A DNA stretch of 64,000 nucleotides, taken from NCBI GenBank assembly GCA_016186795.1, contig JACPKY010000002.1, forward strand, positions 26,593-90,592, read 5' to 3'. Every line of letters begins with the position of its first letter. Position 1 is the stretch's first letter. This document shows positions 54,944-64,000 of the stretch, one piece after another. Both the position numbers and the translations under genes were made by a program. Under the pieces are notes generated by a model that was given only the letters and a program-made list of their open reading frames with translations, did not search any database and was not told the origin of the DNA. The DNA is from Candidatus Gottesmanbacteria bacterium. GTDB lineage: Bacteria > Patescibacteriota > Microgenomatia > 2-02-FULL-39-11.

Positions 54944-56281
54944 ATGGTAGATGCCCGCATACCTCCACACAATGATCAAGCAGAAGCCTCAATACTTGGA
55001 GCAATTCTTATCGATCGTGATGCACTTGCCGAAGTCATCGAATTTGTTAGACCCGAATACTTTTATAAGGAATCTCACGCTGGGATCTATTCTTCGATGA
55101 TGTCTCTTTTCGAACGGCATGAGCCTGTTGATATTGTTACCGTTACTTCGCAACTTAAGAAAATGGGTATATATAAAAATGTTGGTGGGACAGCATATCT
55201 GACCGAGCTTACCAATATAGTACCAACGTCTGCCCATGTTGAGGAGTATGCAAAAATCGTCACCGACAATTACATCAAAAGACGTCTTATTGAGGCATCT
55301 TCGACTATTTCAAGTGATGCATTTGACGAGACGAAAGATGTCAAGTCAATTCTCGATAAAGCCGAAAGTGAAGTTTTGGCAATTTCAGAACGGCGGTCCC
55401 ATCAGGATTTTATTCCAATTAAAGATGCGCTTACCGAAAGTTTTGATCGGCTTGATGAGATTCATAAGCGGGGGGGGTCGTTACGAGGGGTTGCAACGGG
55501 ATTTTCGGATTTGGATAATCGACTTGCCGGTATGCAGGATTCGAACCTGCTTATTTTGGCCGCTCGACCAGGACAGGGAAAAACTGCATTTTCTTTAAAT
55601 ATCGCTCAACATGTTGCCGTTGCCGAAAAGACTGCCGTTGGTATTTTCTCTCTTGAGATGAGTAAGGAAGAGCTTGTCGATCGACTTCTCGTTTCCCAAG
55701 CTGATGTTGATGCATGGAGACTGAAAACCGGAAAACTTGCCGATAGCGACTTTACGAAACTTTCTCAAGCGATGGGCGATTTGGCTGATGCTCCGATCTA
55801 TATTGATGATACTCCCGGCATAAATATTTTTGAAATGCGCACCAAAGCAAGGCGTCTACAGGTCAATCAGAAAGTGAAGCTACTGATCGTTGACTATTTG
55901 CAATTGGTAGATCCAGGGAGGCGGTTTGATAATCGCGTCCAGGAAGTATCGATGGTTTCTCAGTCATTGAAAAACTTAGCCCGAGAACTCCATATTCCTG
56001 TCCTTGCTGTTTCCCAGCTGTCACGGGCGGTCGAAGCAAGAGGGACAAAAATTCCTCAGCTTGCAGATTTGCGAGAATCGGGGGCAATTGAACAGGATGC
56101 AGATGTCGTGATGTTTCTGTACCGGGAGGAGCAGGAACTTGAACAGTGGGGTCATCAAATTGTGAAGCTTCTTATTGCAAAACACAGAAATGGCCCGACA
56201 GCCGAAATTGATCTTATCTTCAAGGGGGATCGAATCCGCTTTTACTCTGTCGATAAAAAAGCCGCTGAGCCCTCGTTATAA
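54944..56281 (+). CDS. dnaB: Replicative DNA helicase
   Basis: AARPGQGKT, FSLEM, VDYLQL, DLRESGAIEQDAD, KHRNGP. Confidence 0.98.
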   Translation: MVDARIPPHNDQAEASILGAILIDRDALAEVIEFVRPEYFYKESHAGIYSSMMSLFERHEPVDIVTVTSQLKKMGIYKNVGGTAYLTELTNIVPTSAHVEEYAKIVTDNYIKRRLIEASSTISSDAFDETKDVKSILDKAESEVLAISERRSHQDFIPIKDALTESFDRLDEIHKRGGSLRGVATGFSDLDNRLAGMQDSNLLILAARPGQGKTAFSLNIAQHVAVAEKTAVGIFSLEMSKEELVDRLLVSQADVDAWRLKTGKLADSDFTKLSQAMGDLADAPIYIDDTPGINIFEMRTKARRLQVNQKVKLLIVDYLQLVDPGRRFDNRVQEVSMVSQSLKNLARELHIPVLAVSQLSRAVEARGTKIPQLADLRESGAIEQDADVVMFLYREEQELEQWGHQIVKLLIAKHRNGPTAEIDLIFKGDRIRFYSVDKKAAEPSL

Positions 56282-56308
56282 GAATTTTTCTTGCACTTAT
56301 TATCTTTT

Positions 56309-56397
56309 TGGTGGGCGGAGAGGGAATCGAACCCTCACGGCAGTTGACTGCCATAAGTTTTTGAGACTTACCTGTCTACCAGTTCCAGCACCCGCCC
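56309..56397 (-). tRNA. tRNA-Leu(CAA)
   Basis: GGGCGGG acceptor, D-loop CTGGTAGAC, anticodon arm TAAGT-CTCAAAA-ACTTA, long variable arm, GGTTCGATTCC, encoded CCA. Confidence 0.96.
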
Positions 56398-56458
56398 AAG
56401 GGAATTCGGATTGACTCCACCAATTATATTTTGTATAAGTGTAGTAGTCAAAAAGTAC

Positions 56459-57949
56459 ATGAATATTCACCTGAAAGCCTTAGATGTTGGGAAACTCGAA
56501 ACAGATGCACTGTGTGTTTTTGTTGGGTTTGAGAATCTGAGTTTCTTATCAAATCTTGATTCAAAGCTTTCTGGTGCACTTTTTTCTGTTGCCAAAAAGG
56601 AGAGTTTTTCGGGTAAACGTGATCAAAAACTGACTCTTTCTACCAATGGGAGAATTGGCGCATATAAAGTATTCCTTTTCGGTCTTGGAAGAAGCGATGA
56701 ATTTGAACCTATTATTCTTAAGCTGGCTGTTGCCCAAGCTGTCAAAGAAGTCAAAAAAATTCACGGGACGAATTGCGTCATAGAGCTACCGTTTGTGTTT
56801 TTGAAAAAATACCCAGTTTCAACCCTCGTTCAGTCGGTTACAGAGGCGCTTTATCTTTCTACCTACTCGTTTGATAAATATAAAAAGAAAAAAGAAAATG
56901 ATAAAAGCTTACAGGACGGGACAATTCATGTTTCTCCTCCTCAACTTTCAGCGGCAGAAGTTGCGGTGAAAAAAGGAACGATACTTGCAAAAGCTTCTTG
57001 CATGGCTCGTGATCTTGTCAATGAACCATCTCAAATCTGTACGCCCACGTACCTTGCAAAGATTGCATTGGAGATTGCCAAGAAAAACCCCAAAATAATT
57101 AGAGTGAAAATTCTTGAAAAAGAAGATGCGGAAAAGTTCGGGATGGGCGCATACCTTGGAGTCGCCAAAGGTTCAACCGAGCCGCCGAAATTTATCCACC
57201 TTACCTATACTCCGAAACGATCAAAAGGAAAGATTGCCTTGGTAGGCAAAGGAATAACGTTTGATACCGGTGGGGTATCTCTGAAAAGCGCCGAGCACAT
57301 GGAGACAATGAAGCTCGACATGGCAGGGGCTGCTACCGTCTTATCTGTATTTGCATACCTAACTCAACTTGAAATTCCGTATACAGTTTCTGGAATAATT
57401 GCAGCATGTGAGAATATGCCATCAGGAAGTGCAATAAAACCTGGTGATATTGTGACGTCCGCAAATGGAAAAACTATTGAAGTATTAAATACCGATGCCG
57501 AGGGTCGATTGACCTTGGCAGATGCATTTTCATATGTGATCAAAATCGTCAAGCCAGAGTACCTGATTGATCTGGCAACGCTAACTGGTGCCTGTATGGT
57601 GGCGCTTGGACAGGATATCACCGGTCTTTGGAGTAATAATAAAAAACTTCAAGATGAACTTATGAAAGCGGCGAAGGAGACTGGTGAGAAGGTTTGGCCG
57701 ATGCCTCTTGAGAAAGATTACAAAGAACTTATAGAAAGTGGTGTTGCCGATGTAAAAAATATTCAAACAGGGAGATATGGAGGGGCAATAACTGCAGCTC
57801 TTTTCTTGCAGGAGTTTGTTGATTCCGTGTCTTGGGCACACCTTGATATTGCCGGACCATCATTTGCCGAAAAGGAGACACCACTGACTCCCAAAGGAGG
57901 AACAGGATTTGGTGTCCGATTACTCCTTACATTCCTTGGTCAGTTCTAA
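56459..57949 (+). CDS. pepA: Leucyl aminopeptidase (M17)
   Basis: VGKGITFDTGG, MKLDMAG, NTDAEGRL, WAHLDIAG. Confidence 0.97.
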   Translation: MNIHLKALDVGKLETDALCVFVGFENLSFLSNLDSKLSGALFSVAKKESFSGKRDQKLTLSTNGRIGAYKVFLFGLGRSDEFEPIILKLAVAQAVKEVKKIHGTNCVIELPFVFLKKYPVSTLVQSVTEALYLSTYSFDKYKKKKENDKSLQDGTIHVSPPQLSAAEVAVKKGTILAKASCMARDLVNEPSQICTPTYLAKIALEIAKKNPKIIRVKILEKEDAEKFGMGAYLGVAKGSTEPPKFIHLTYTPKRSKGKIALVGKGITFDTGGVSLKSAEHMETMKLDMAGAATVLSVFAYLTQLEIPYTVSGIIAACENMPSGSAIKPGDIVTSANGKTIEVLNTDAEGRLTLADAFSYVIKIVKPEYLIDLATLTGACMVALGQDITGLWSNNKKLQDELMKAAKETGEKVWPMPLEKDYKELIESGVADVKNIQTGRYGGAITAALFLQEFVDSVSWAHLDIAGPSFAEKETPLTPKGGTGFGVRLLLTFLGQF

Positions 57950-57958
57950 CTAAATCTC

Positions 57959-59242
57959 ATGTCAGAACATCCCTTTTCGGAAGTTGTTCTCAATAAGCAT
58001 TTTCGCAATTTGTGGTTGGCTCAGATTTTTTCGCAAGTTGCGGTGAACATGCTGTCATTTGTACTGGCAATACGAGTGTACCAAGAAACACAATCAAATA
58101 CGGCAGTCTCTCTTCTTTTTTTAACATTCGGTATCCCCTCAATTATATTTGGGGTTTTTGCAGGAGGTATCGTAGACTATTTTGATAAACGCTCAATTCT
58201 TTTTTGGTGTAATGTCGTTCGCCTCCTTCTTTTTCTTGGGTTTTTTCTTTTTGCTTCCAATATTTTCTTTTTATATATTCTTGCGATTTCATTCTCATTG
58301 GTGACACAGATCTTTATCCCGGCTGAAGCTCCCGCAATACCAAATCTTGTTCCGAAAAAAAACTTGCTTGCCGCAAATTCTCTTTTTACTATCAGTTTTT
58401 ATCTTTCTACCATAACAGGATTTGTTGTTGCCGGGCCGATTCTTCGCATCTTTGGTGGTCGTGATGTCTATGTGTTCATGACGGTACTTATGGGATGTGC
58501 AAGTTTCTTTGCCTATCTTCTTCCGAAGATGGTAGTAAAAAGAACGACGCTTCCTTTAACTTTCTCATCTCTTTTCAAAGGAGTTGATGATGGTATTACC
58601 TTTATAGGTAGAAACGTCCGTGTGCGACAAAGTCTGATTCTTATGACATTTGCCCAATCACTTATTATGACTCTTTCAGTCCTTACCCCTGGTTTTGCAG
58701 ATAAAATTTTGTCTATTGATTTGACCGAGAGCTCCTATATCGTCATGGGACCTGCTGTAATCGGGCTTGTTTCCGGTGCACTATTTATTGGAGGGTATGG
58801 TATGAGATTTCTCAAGGGCACACTTATTCTTTTTGGAATTCTATTCACTGGTATTATTCTATTATGTCTATCGCTTCTGACACGGTTTGATTCCTCGTCG
58901 TATACACTTGCGTTCCCCAATGCGTCCCTTGTCATTGGGACCATTTTTCCGGTCATGATACTCTTATTTCTCCTTGGAATGATGAATTCATTCATCACCG
59001 TTCCTGCCAATACGATCCTTCAGCAGGATTCCTCAGGAGGGATACGAGGACGAGTGTACGGAGTATTAACGGCGTTAACCGGTGGAGTATCAATTATTCC
59101 TGTTGTATTTTCTGGACTCTTAGCTGATACAATTGGAGTAGGGAAGACACTAACACTCGTTGGTGGTATTGTTTTCGTTTCTGGAATTTACCATTACTTC
59201 CAACGTCAACGGTATAAAGTGATGTATTCCAAGAAAGGGTAA
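57959..59242 (+). CDS. MFS transporter (DHA3-like)
   Basis: About 12 TM helices, FRNLWLAQ.FSQ, G.IVD.FDKR, RGRVYG. Confidence 0.92.
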   Translation: MSEHPFSEVVLNKHFRNLWLAQIFSQVAVNMLSFVLAIRVYQETQSNTAVSLLFLTFGIPSIIFGVFAGGIVDYFDKRSILFWCNVVRLLLFLGFFLFASNIFFLYILAISFSLVTQIFIPAEAPAIPNLVPKKNLLAANSLFTISFYLSTITGFVVAGPILRIFGGRDVYVFMTVLMGCASFFAYLLPKMVVKRTTLPLTFSSLFKGVDDGITFIGRNVRVRQSLILMTFAQSLIMTLSVLTPGFADKILSIDLTESSYIVMGPAVIGLVSGALFIGGYGMRFLKGTLILFGILFTGIILLCLSLLTRFDSSSYTLAFPNASLVIGTIFPVMILLFLLGMMNSFITVPANTILQQDSSGGIRGRVYGVLTALTGGVSIIPVVFSGLLADTIGVGKTLTLVGGIVFVSGIYHYFQRQRYKVMYSKKG

Positions 59243-59252
59243 ATCAATTCCT

Positions 59253-60011
59253 ATGAAACCAATACTTTTTAGTATCGGGCCGTTTAACGTATACTCCTTT
59301 GGATTTTTGCTTGCCGTGGCGTTTATTTTCTCTACGTTCATTATATGGAAGTTTGGTCGGGAAGAGTTGAAAGAAGAAGAGTATTTGGACATGTATTTTG
59401 CAACAAGTTTTGTTGCGCTTCTCTCAGCACGAGCAATTTACATTCTCCTCAACTTTCAAGATTTTGGGACAAATATTCTCCGCTATATTTTAGTCCGTGA
59501 TACACCGGGACTCTCACTTATCGGTGGACTTTTCGGAGGCTTTCTCTTCTTGTACTGGTATGCGAAAAAAAAGCGGTACAACGTTTTGCACCTTTTTGAC
59601 CTTTTTGCCGTCAGTAGCTCTCTCGCACTCGTTTTTACGAAAATTGGACAATTCCTTGGAGGATCTGGGTTTGGAACTGAGACAGTGCTACCACTTGGTG
59701 TTCGTATTGTTGGAATAACTGGGATACGACATCCGGTAGAGTTATACGAAGCATTTTCACTTCTTATTCTCTCATGTGCCTTGTACGTACTTTATACGAA
59801 GAGTCTGCGGCGGAAGTGGCCAAAGGGACTTACTAGTGCAGTGTTTGTTTGGGGAGTGAGTCTTACAATCTTCCTACTTGAGTTTTTCAAGGTGCGCACG
59901 CTATACTTATATGCTATGAGTTTCAGACAGGTTGTCGCAGCAATTGGGCTTATTGTATTTCTTATTCCAATTATTCAACGGGTGCAATACCTGCGAAAGA
60001 AAGATATATGA
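59253..60011 (+). CDS. lgt: Prolipoprotein diacylglyceryl transferase
   Basis: PILFSIGPF.VYSFG, GLSLIGG, RHPVELYE. Confidence 0.88.
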   Translation: MKPILFSIGPFNVYSFGFLLAVAFIFSTFIIWKFGREELKEEEYLDMYFATSFVALLSARAIYILLNFQDFGTNILRYILVRDTPGLSLIGGLFGGFLFLYWYAKKKRYNVLHLFDLFAVSSSLALVFTKIGQFLGGSGFGTETVLPLGVRIVGITGIRHPVELYEAFSLLILSCALYVLYTKSLRRKWPKGLTSAVFVWGVSLTIFLLEFFKVRTLYLYAMSFRQVVAAIGLIVFLIPIIQRVQYLRKKDI

Positions 60012-60382
60012 ATTTTCCTTTAAATGTATTAAAGAGAATTCACGAAAATCTGAGTCGAGAAAAGCATAAGATTAATACCACACTTTCATCACTCAAAGCT
60101 CAAGATCCATTTTCTGATCCGGATCGGCTCAATGACAACGCTGCATCCGATACAGATGCTATTGAGGAAATTTCACATGAGCGGATGGAAGCTCTTGAGA
60201 AAGAATTGAAGCGACGAATGGTCGATATTGAAGAGGCTCTTGAGAGGATTAAAAAAGGGACGTACGGACGCTGTCATTCCTGTAAGAAGATGATCGAAGA
60301 TGAGAGGTTGGCAATAAACCCCACTGCGTTGTACTGCGTTTCCTGTGAACGGAAGAGGGAATCAAAGGTGAAGGGTAAATAA
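60008..60382 (+). CDS. TraR/DksA C4-type zinc finger protein
   Basis: ALERI..GTYGRCHSC...ERL..NPTALYCVSC. Confidence 0.92.
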   Translation: MNFPLNVLKRIHENLSREKHKINTTLSSLKAQDPFSDPDRLNDNAASDTDAIEEISHERMEALEKELKRRMVDIEEALERIKKGTYGRCHSCKKMIEDERLAINPTALYCVSCERKRESKVKGK

Positions 60383-60395
60383 CGTATCCGCTCTC

Positions 60396-61124
60396 ATGGA
60401 TATTCCAGTTCTTTTTGAAGATTTGGATATTGTTGCAATTGACAAACCGTCTGGGGTAATCGTAAATCGCGCAGAATCTGTCTCGGTTGCAACGTTGCAG
60501 GATTGGATGGATGCTCGTTACCGACTCCTTTGGAAAAAATATTCCCCTCACCAATTTCCAGTATTTTTTTCCCGTTCAGGCATTGCGCACAGGTTAGATA
60601 AAGAAACATCCGGTGTTGTTATTGCCGCCAAAACCCCTCAGAGTCTTGACCTAATTTTGGCGCAATTTAAGAGTCGACAGGTGGAGAAAACATATCTCGC
60701 ACTCTCTCATGGGAAACTTCCCAGTGTGTCGGGGACAATTCAAGCAAGTGTCGGCAGACTCCCATGGAATCGAGAGCGGTTTGGTGTTTTGCCCGGAGGA
60801 AGAGAAGCGGAAACATCCTATACCGTCAAAAGAGTATACTTCTTCAAGAAGGAATATTATTCTTTTCTTGTTATTTTTCCCAAAACCGGCAGAACACACC
60901 AAATCCGTATTCATCTCAAACATGTTGGTCACCCGATTGTTTCAGACAGTTTCTATGCAGGGCGGAAAATCGCAAGAAGCGATCGTATCTTTTGTCCCCG
61001 GCTTTTCCTCCACTCCCAAAGTATCACCATTCATCATCCGAAGACTTCGAAACTGATGACAATCGTTTCTCCACTTCCCAAAGATTTAGACGATGTTCTT
61101 GCAAAGATGGAACCTGTTAATTAA
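60396..61124 (+). CDS. RluA/RluD-family pseudouridine synthase (no S4 domain)
   Basis: DKPSG, HRLDKETSG, TGRTHQIRIH. Confidence 0.95.
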   Translation: MDIPVLFEDLDIVAIDKPSGVIVNRAESVSVATLQDWMDARYRLLWKKYSPHQFPVFFSRSGIAHRLDKETSGVVIAAKTPQSLDLILAQFKSRQVEKTYLALSHGKLPSVSGTIQASVGRLPWNRERFGVLPGGREAETSYTVKRVYFFKKEYYSFLVIFPKTGRTHQIRIHLKHVGHPIVSDSFYAGRKIARSDRIFCPRLFLHSQSITIHHPKTSKLMTIVSPLPKDLDDVLAKMEPVN

Positions 61125-61169
61125 ATCTTTCCTCTTCACAACAGCCGATTTTTCTGATGTACTAGACAT

Positions 61170-62888
61170 ATGGAAGTTTCTTTTTCGTACGATTTAGTCG
61201 TTATTCTCTTTACCTCATTTGTGGGAGGAGTGGTTGCCAAGAAATTAAAGCTGCCAGTCATTGTAGGGTATGCGGTTAGTGGGATTTTTGTGGGGAGTAT
61301 TCTCAATCAGTACATTCCATTGACAAAAAGTATCAACAGTATTGCCGAAATTGGGGTGGCGCTCCTTCTTTTTACCGTCGGATTGGAGTTTACCGTTAAC
61401 CGGCTCAAAGAGTTGGGGGAAGTTATCTTTTGGGGGTCGCTTATTCAAGTACTTTTTACCATTTTGATTGGCCTTATTATTTTTCCACTATTTGGAATGG
61501 ATTTTTACACAGCACTCTTTTTGGGAGCTGTTTTTTCTCTCTCGTCAACAGCTGCGGTTCTGAAGGTACTTTCCGATCGAGGGGAGCTTGAGACTCTCCA
61601 TGGAGAAATGGCGGCTGGGTGGCTTTTCATGCAGGACTTATACACACTGCCACTTTTTATTCTCCTTCCAGCAATAGGAAGTATCATGTTGGGGGAACAA
61701 TCACAGATCTTCGTTTCAACAATAACATTTGGAAGAAGTATTCTCATAGCAACGATGGCATTTTTTGTTGTGCTTCTTTTGGGGAAACGGACAGTACCGT
61801 GGATATTTGGAAAAATTGCAAATCTTGGCTCCCGAGAGTTACTTTTAACAGCGGCTGTCGGGATGTGCCTCTTTCTAGCCTATCTTTTTCAACTTCTCGG
61901 ACTGTCCTACGCGTTGGGTGCTTTTGTTGCCGGGATTCTTCTTGCATCCTCAACAGCTCATCACGGAATATTTGCTGAAGTTCGTCCTTTACGTGATCTT
62001 TTTGCTACTGTCTTTTTCGTTTCCCTTGGATTTTTAGTTCGTCCGGAATTTTTTCTTGCCAACTGGGTTCTTATTCTTCTTTTGACTACCTGCGTCATCG
62101 GTATAAAGTTTTTCGTTTCTACGATATTAGTTATTCTCCTTGGGTACCATACGAAAACTGCAGTCCTCGTTGGCTTTTCGCTTGTTTCCGTTGGAGAATT
62201 TGCCTTTATTTTAGCCATTTTGGGAAACTCCGCACGTCTTATCACCAATGATACTTTCTTACTCATCCTCTCAGTCACATTTTTTTCTCTTATTGTCTCG
62301 ATACCCCTCCTATCAGTCTCGGATCGATTGTACTATTTCTTAAAGAGAATCGTACTTACATTTTTTCCTTTTGCAAAAACATTGGTGAGCCATCTTGATA
62401 TAAGTCCCCCTCGGGAGAGTTTTACGATGGAAAATCACGTTGTTGTGTTGGGACACGGTCGGGTAGGGAAGTACATATGCAAAGCGCTCGCCTCAGCTCA
62501 AATTCCCTACGTTGTTGTTGACTATAATCATGTTCTTGTTGACCAACTTAAAAAATCTGGTGTCACTGTCATCTATGGTGATCCAGCAGAAATTGACGTT
62601 TTGGAGTTTGCGCGTGTTCGGGAAGCTCGTGTCGTCATTCTTGCGTATGCAGACAGGCATACTCAGGAAGCGGTTATCACAAACACCTTGACACTGAATC
62701 CCTCTGCCATTATTATTTGCCGCACCCACTTTGAAGAGGATGCAAAGAAACTAAAAAGTTTGGGAGTTCACACTGTCGTTCAACCCGAATTTGAAGCAGC
62801 TATTTCGATGACTCAAATTCTTCTTCAGATTCTTGGGGAGGAAGAAAGTACTGTCCGGGAAAAGGTCATGCGTATCCGGACAAGCTAA
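61170..62888 (+). CDS. CPA2 cation:proton antiporter with a TrkA-N (KTN) domain
   Basis: LLLFTVGLEF, SLSSTA, QDL, FFVSLG, GEFAF, GHGRVG. Confidence 0.94.
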   Translation: MEVSFSYDLVVILFTSFVGGVVAKKLKLPVIVGYAVSGIFVGSILNQYIPLTKSINSIAEIGVALLLFTVGLEFTVNRLKELGEVIFWGSLIQVLFTILIGLIIFPLFGMDFYTALFLGAVFSLSSTAAVLKVLSDRGELETLHGEMAAGWLFMQDLYTLPLFILLPAIGSIMLGEQSQIFVSTITFGRSILIATMAFFVVLLLGKRTVPWIFGKIANLGSRELLLTAAVGMCLFLAYLFQLLGLSYALGAFVAGILLASSTAHHGIFAEVRPLRDLFATVFFVSLGFLVRPEFFLANWVLILLLTTCVIGIKFFVSTILVILLGYHTKTAVLVGFSLVSVGEFAFILAILGNSARLITNDTFLLILSVTFFSLIVSIPLLSVSDRLYYFLKRIVLTFFPFAKTLVSHLDISPPRESFTMENHVVVLGHGRVGKYICKALASAQIPYVVVDYNHVLVDQLKKSGVTVIYGDPAEIDVLEFARVREARVVILAYADRHTQEAVITNTLTLNPSAIIICRTHFEEDAKKLKSLGVHTVVQPEFEAAISMTQILLQILGEEESTVREKVMRIRTS

Positions 62889-62938
62889 AAACGTCAACAT
62901 TATTGACTTTTCTTGGTAACTTTTTTATAAAAATATAT

Positions 62939-63085
62939 ATGGGGCAATTTGGAGGATTCTTTAAAGGAGATAAGAAAAAACCCAAAAAAAGCACTCTTGA
63001 TAAAAAGGCTCAAGAGCTTGTTCGGAAGGAATCATTTATTTTGCCGAAGGTTGAAATCATAAAAAAAGGCAAAAATGAAGCGTAG
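62939..63085 (+). CDS. Small basic hypothetical protein (48 aa)
   Basis: MGQFGGFFKGDKKKPKK...LPKVEIIKKGK; overlaps the next start. Confidence 0.5.
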   Translation: MGQFGGFFKGDKKKPKKSTLDKKAQELVRKESFILPKVEIIKKGKNEA

Positions 63086-64000
63086 AAACCGAAGAACCAT
63101 AGTACGGTGGATTCTTCGGTTTCTTCCAGTCTTTCTTCTTACTGGGTGCGTCACTTTGGTTGTTCTTTTTCTTTTTCAAACGAGCCGCTGGGATGGAAAA
63201 AGCCGTTTTACACTTGTTCTCAACTCGCGACCCTTACTCGTGCTTTCCATAGAACCGGAAACAAAAAGGTCTGTTCTCGTTGCATTCCCTGCCAATACGC
63301 AACTTTCCCTGCCGTACGGATACGGAACGTACGTTGCCTCATCCGTGTATCCTCTTGGTAATTTAGATAAGAAGCGTGGAGGAGGAATGCTTCTCTCTCG
63401 AAGCATTGAAGAGACACTCGGAGTTCCAGTGTATGGATTCTTTTCTCTTGAAGAACAGGTTGAAATTTCTCTTACAACTGTCTCCGATACGGCAAAACTC
63501 AAAAGAGACTACTTTTCCTATATTGGAGTTATTCCTCGTCTTCCATCTTTTATCCAATCACTCTCGGGATCCCAAACAAATATTTCAATCATTGATCTCT
63601 TTCGTCTCTGGCAGGCAATTCGATCATTTCGGAGTGATACTGTTATCTTTATTGACGCGCAAAAAGAGGGTTTACTTTGGGAGGAAAAGCTTCCCGACGG
63701 GATTAATGTTTTTACAATTGACACGGACTCGTTTGGGAATCGGTATCCGGACATATTTCAAGATCATGAAGTCCGTCTAGAAGAAAAAAGCGTGGAAGTG
63801 GTCAATGCGACAGAAGTGGAAAGTGTTGCAAAGAGGTTTGGATGGGTACTTGAGACAATGGGTGCAGATGTCTTGGTCAAATCAACCTCGATGATCCCAG
63901 ATACAACTTCTTGTGTTATACACGTCCGGGTAAAGGAGATCTGGGATAGTGCCATTGTACAGCGGCTCATGCGGTATTACGGGTGCAAGAAAGGTGAGAT
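63075..64000 (+). CDS. LytR/CpsA/Psr (LCP)-like protein, 3'-truncated by the window edge (absent from the ORF track)
   Basis: Manual translation MKRRNRRTIVRWILRFLPVF...(TM)...VAFPANT...SIEETLGVPVYGF...VEVVNATEVESVA (LytR_C-like); no stop seen before base 64000. Confidence 0.75.
   Translation, partial: MKRRNRRTIVRWILRFLPVFLLTGCVTLVVLFLFQTSRWDGKSRFTLVLNSRPLLVLSIEPETKRSVLVAFPANTQLSLPYGYGTYVASSVYPLGNLDKKRGGGMLLSRSIEETLGVPVYGFFSLEEQVEISLTTVSDTAKLKRDYFSYIGVIPRLPSFIQSLSGSQTNISIIDLFRLWQAIRSFRSDTVIFIDAQKEGLLWEEKLPDGINVFTIDTDSFGNRYPDIFQDHEVRLEEKSVEVVNATEVESVAKRFGWVLETMGADVLVKSTSMIPDTTSCVIHVRVKEIWDSAIVQRLMRYYGCKKGE

Noticed and set aside
56309-56397. tRNA-Leu as an island integration site
   Set aside because: It is flanked by core genes (dnaB, pepA), and no duplicated tRNA 3' end was seen in the window.
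59253-61124. Absence of lspA from the lgt-dksA-rlu cluster
   Set aside because: It may be elsewhere in the genome; this cannot be judged from the window.
1-64000. CRISPR array, integrase, transposase, prophage or rRNA genes
   Set aside because: No regularly spaced direct repeats, and no recognisable recombinase, DDE/HUH, phage structural or rRNA sequence seen.

Overview
64-kb chromosomal segment from a bacterium whose gene content and style (short EF-Ts, eukaryote/archaeal-type ProRS, stand-alone VirD4/HerA-like ATPase, RF1 without its N-terminal domain, many core genes without Shine-Dalgarno sites) points to the Candidate Phyla Radiation/Patescibacteria, probably Microgenomates (inference, not checked by search). 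The backbone is housekeeping: rpsB-tsf ... frr-rseP ... proS, rpsU-ybeY-dnaX-ybaB ... recR, cysS, rpsF-ssb-rpsR, rpmE-prfA, hisS, dnaB, tRNA-Leu(CAA), pepA, lgt and others. It is interrupted by (i) a ~15.6-kb accessory tract between tsf and frr carrying a divergent RelA/SpoT-type HD protein, a KH-motif protein, toxin-antitoxin modules and many small orphan transcription units, (ii) a proBAC operon behind an unusual T-box riboswitch, and (iii) a SAM/SAH-adenosine-homocysteine cluster with a cysteine synthase/CBS-cystathionine lyase fusion between ybaB and recR. The strongest unexplained signals are in non-coding DNA. These are a transcription-terminating T-box with an ultra-short Stem I (Pro codon in the apical loop) and four short palindromic inserts; about ten boxA-like motifs in the leaders of orphan units, most of which also end in long perfect stems; an orphan Ile/Val-rich leader-peptide attenuator; a pseudoknot/terminator switch upstream of rpsB; and short palindromes and heptamer arrays inserted in-frame into proteins. 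No CRISPR array, integrase or transposase was seen. All calls come from reading the sequence by eye; no searches were run.
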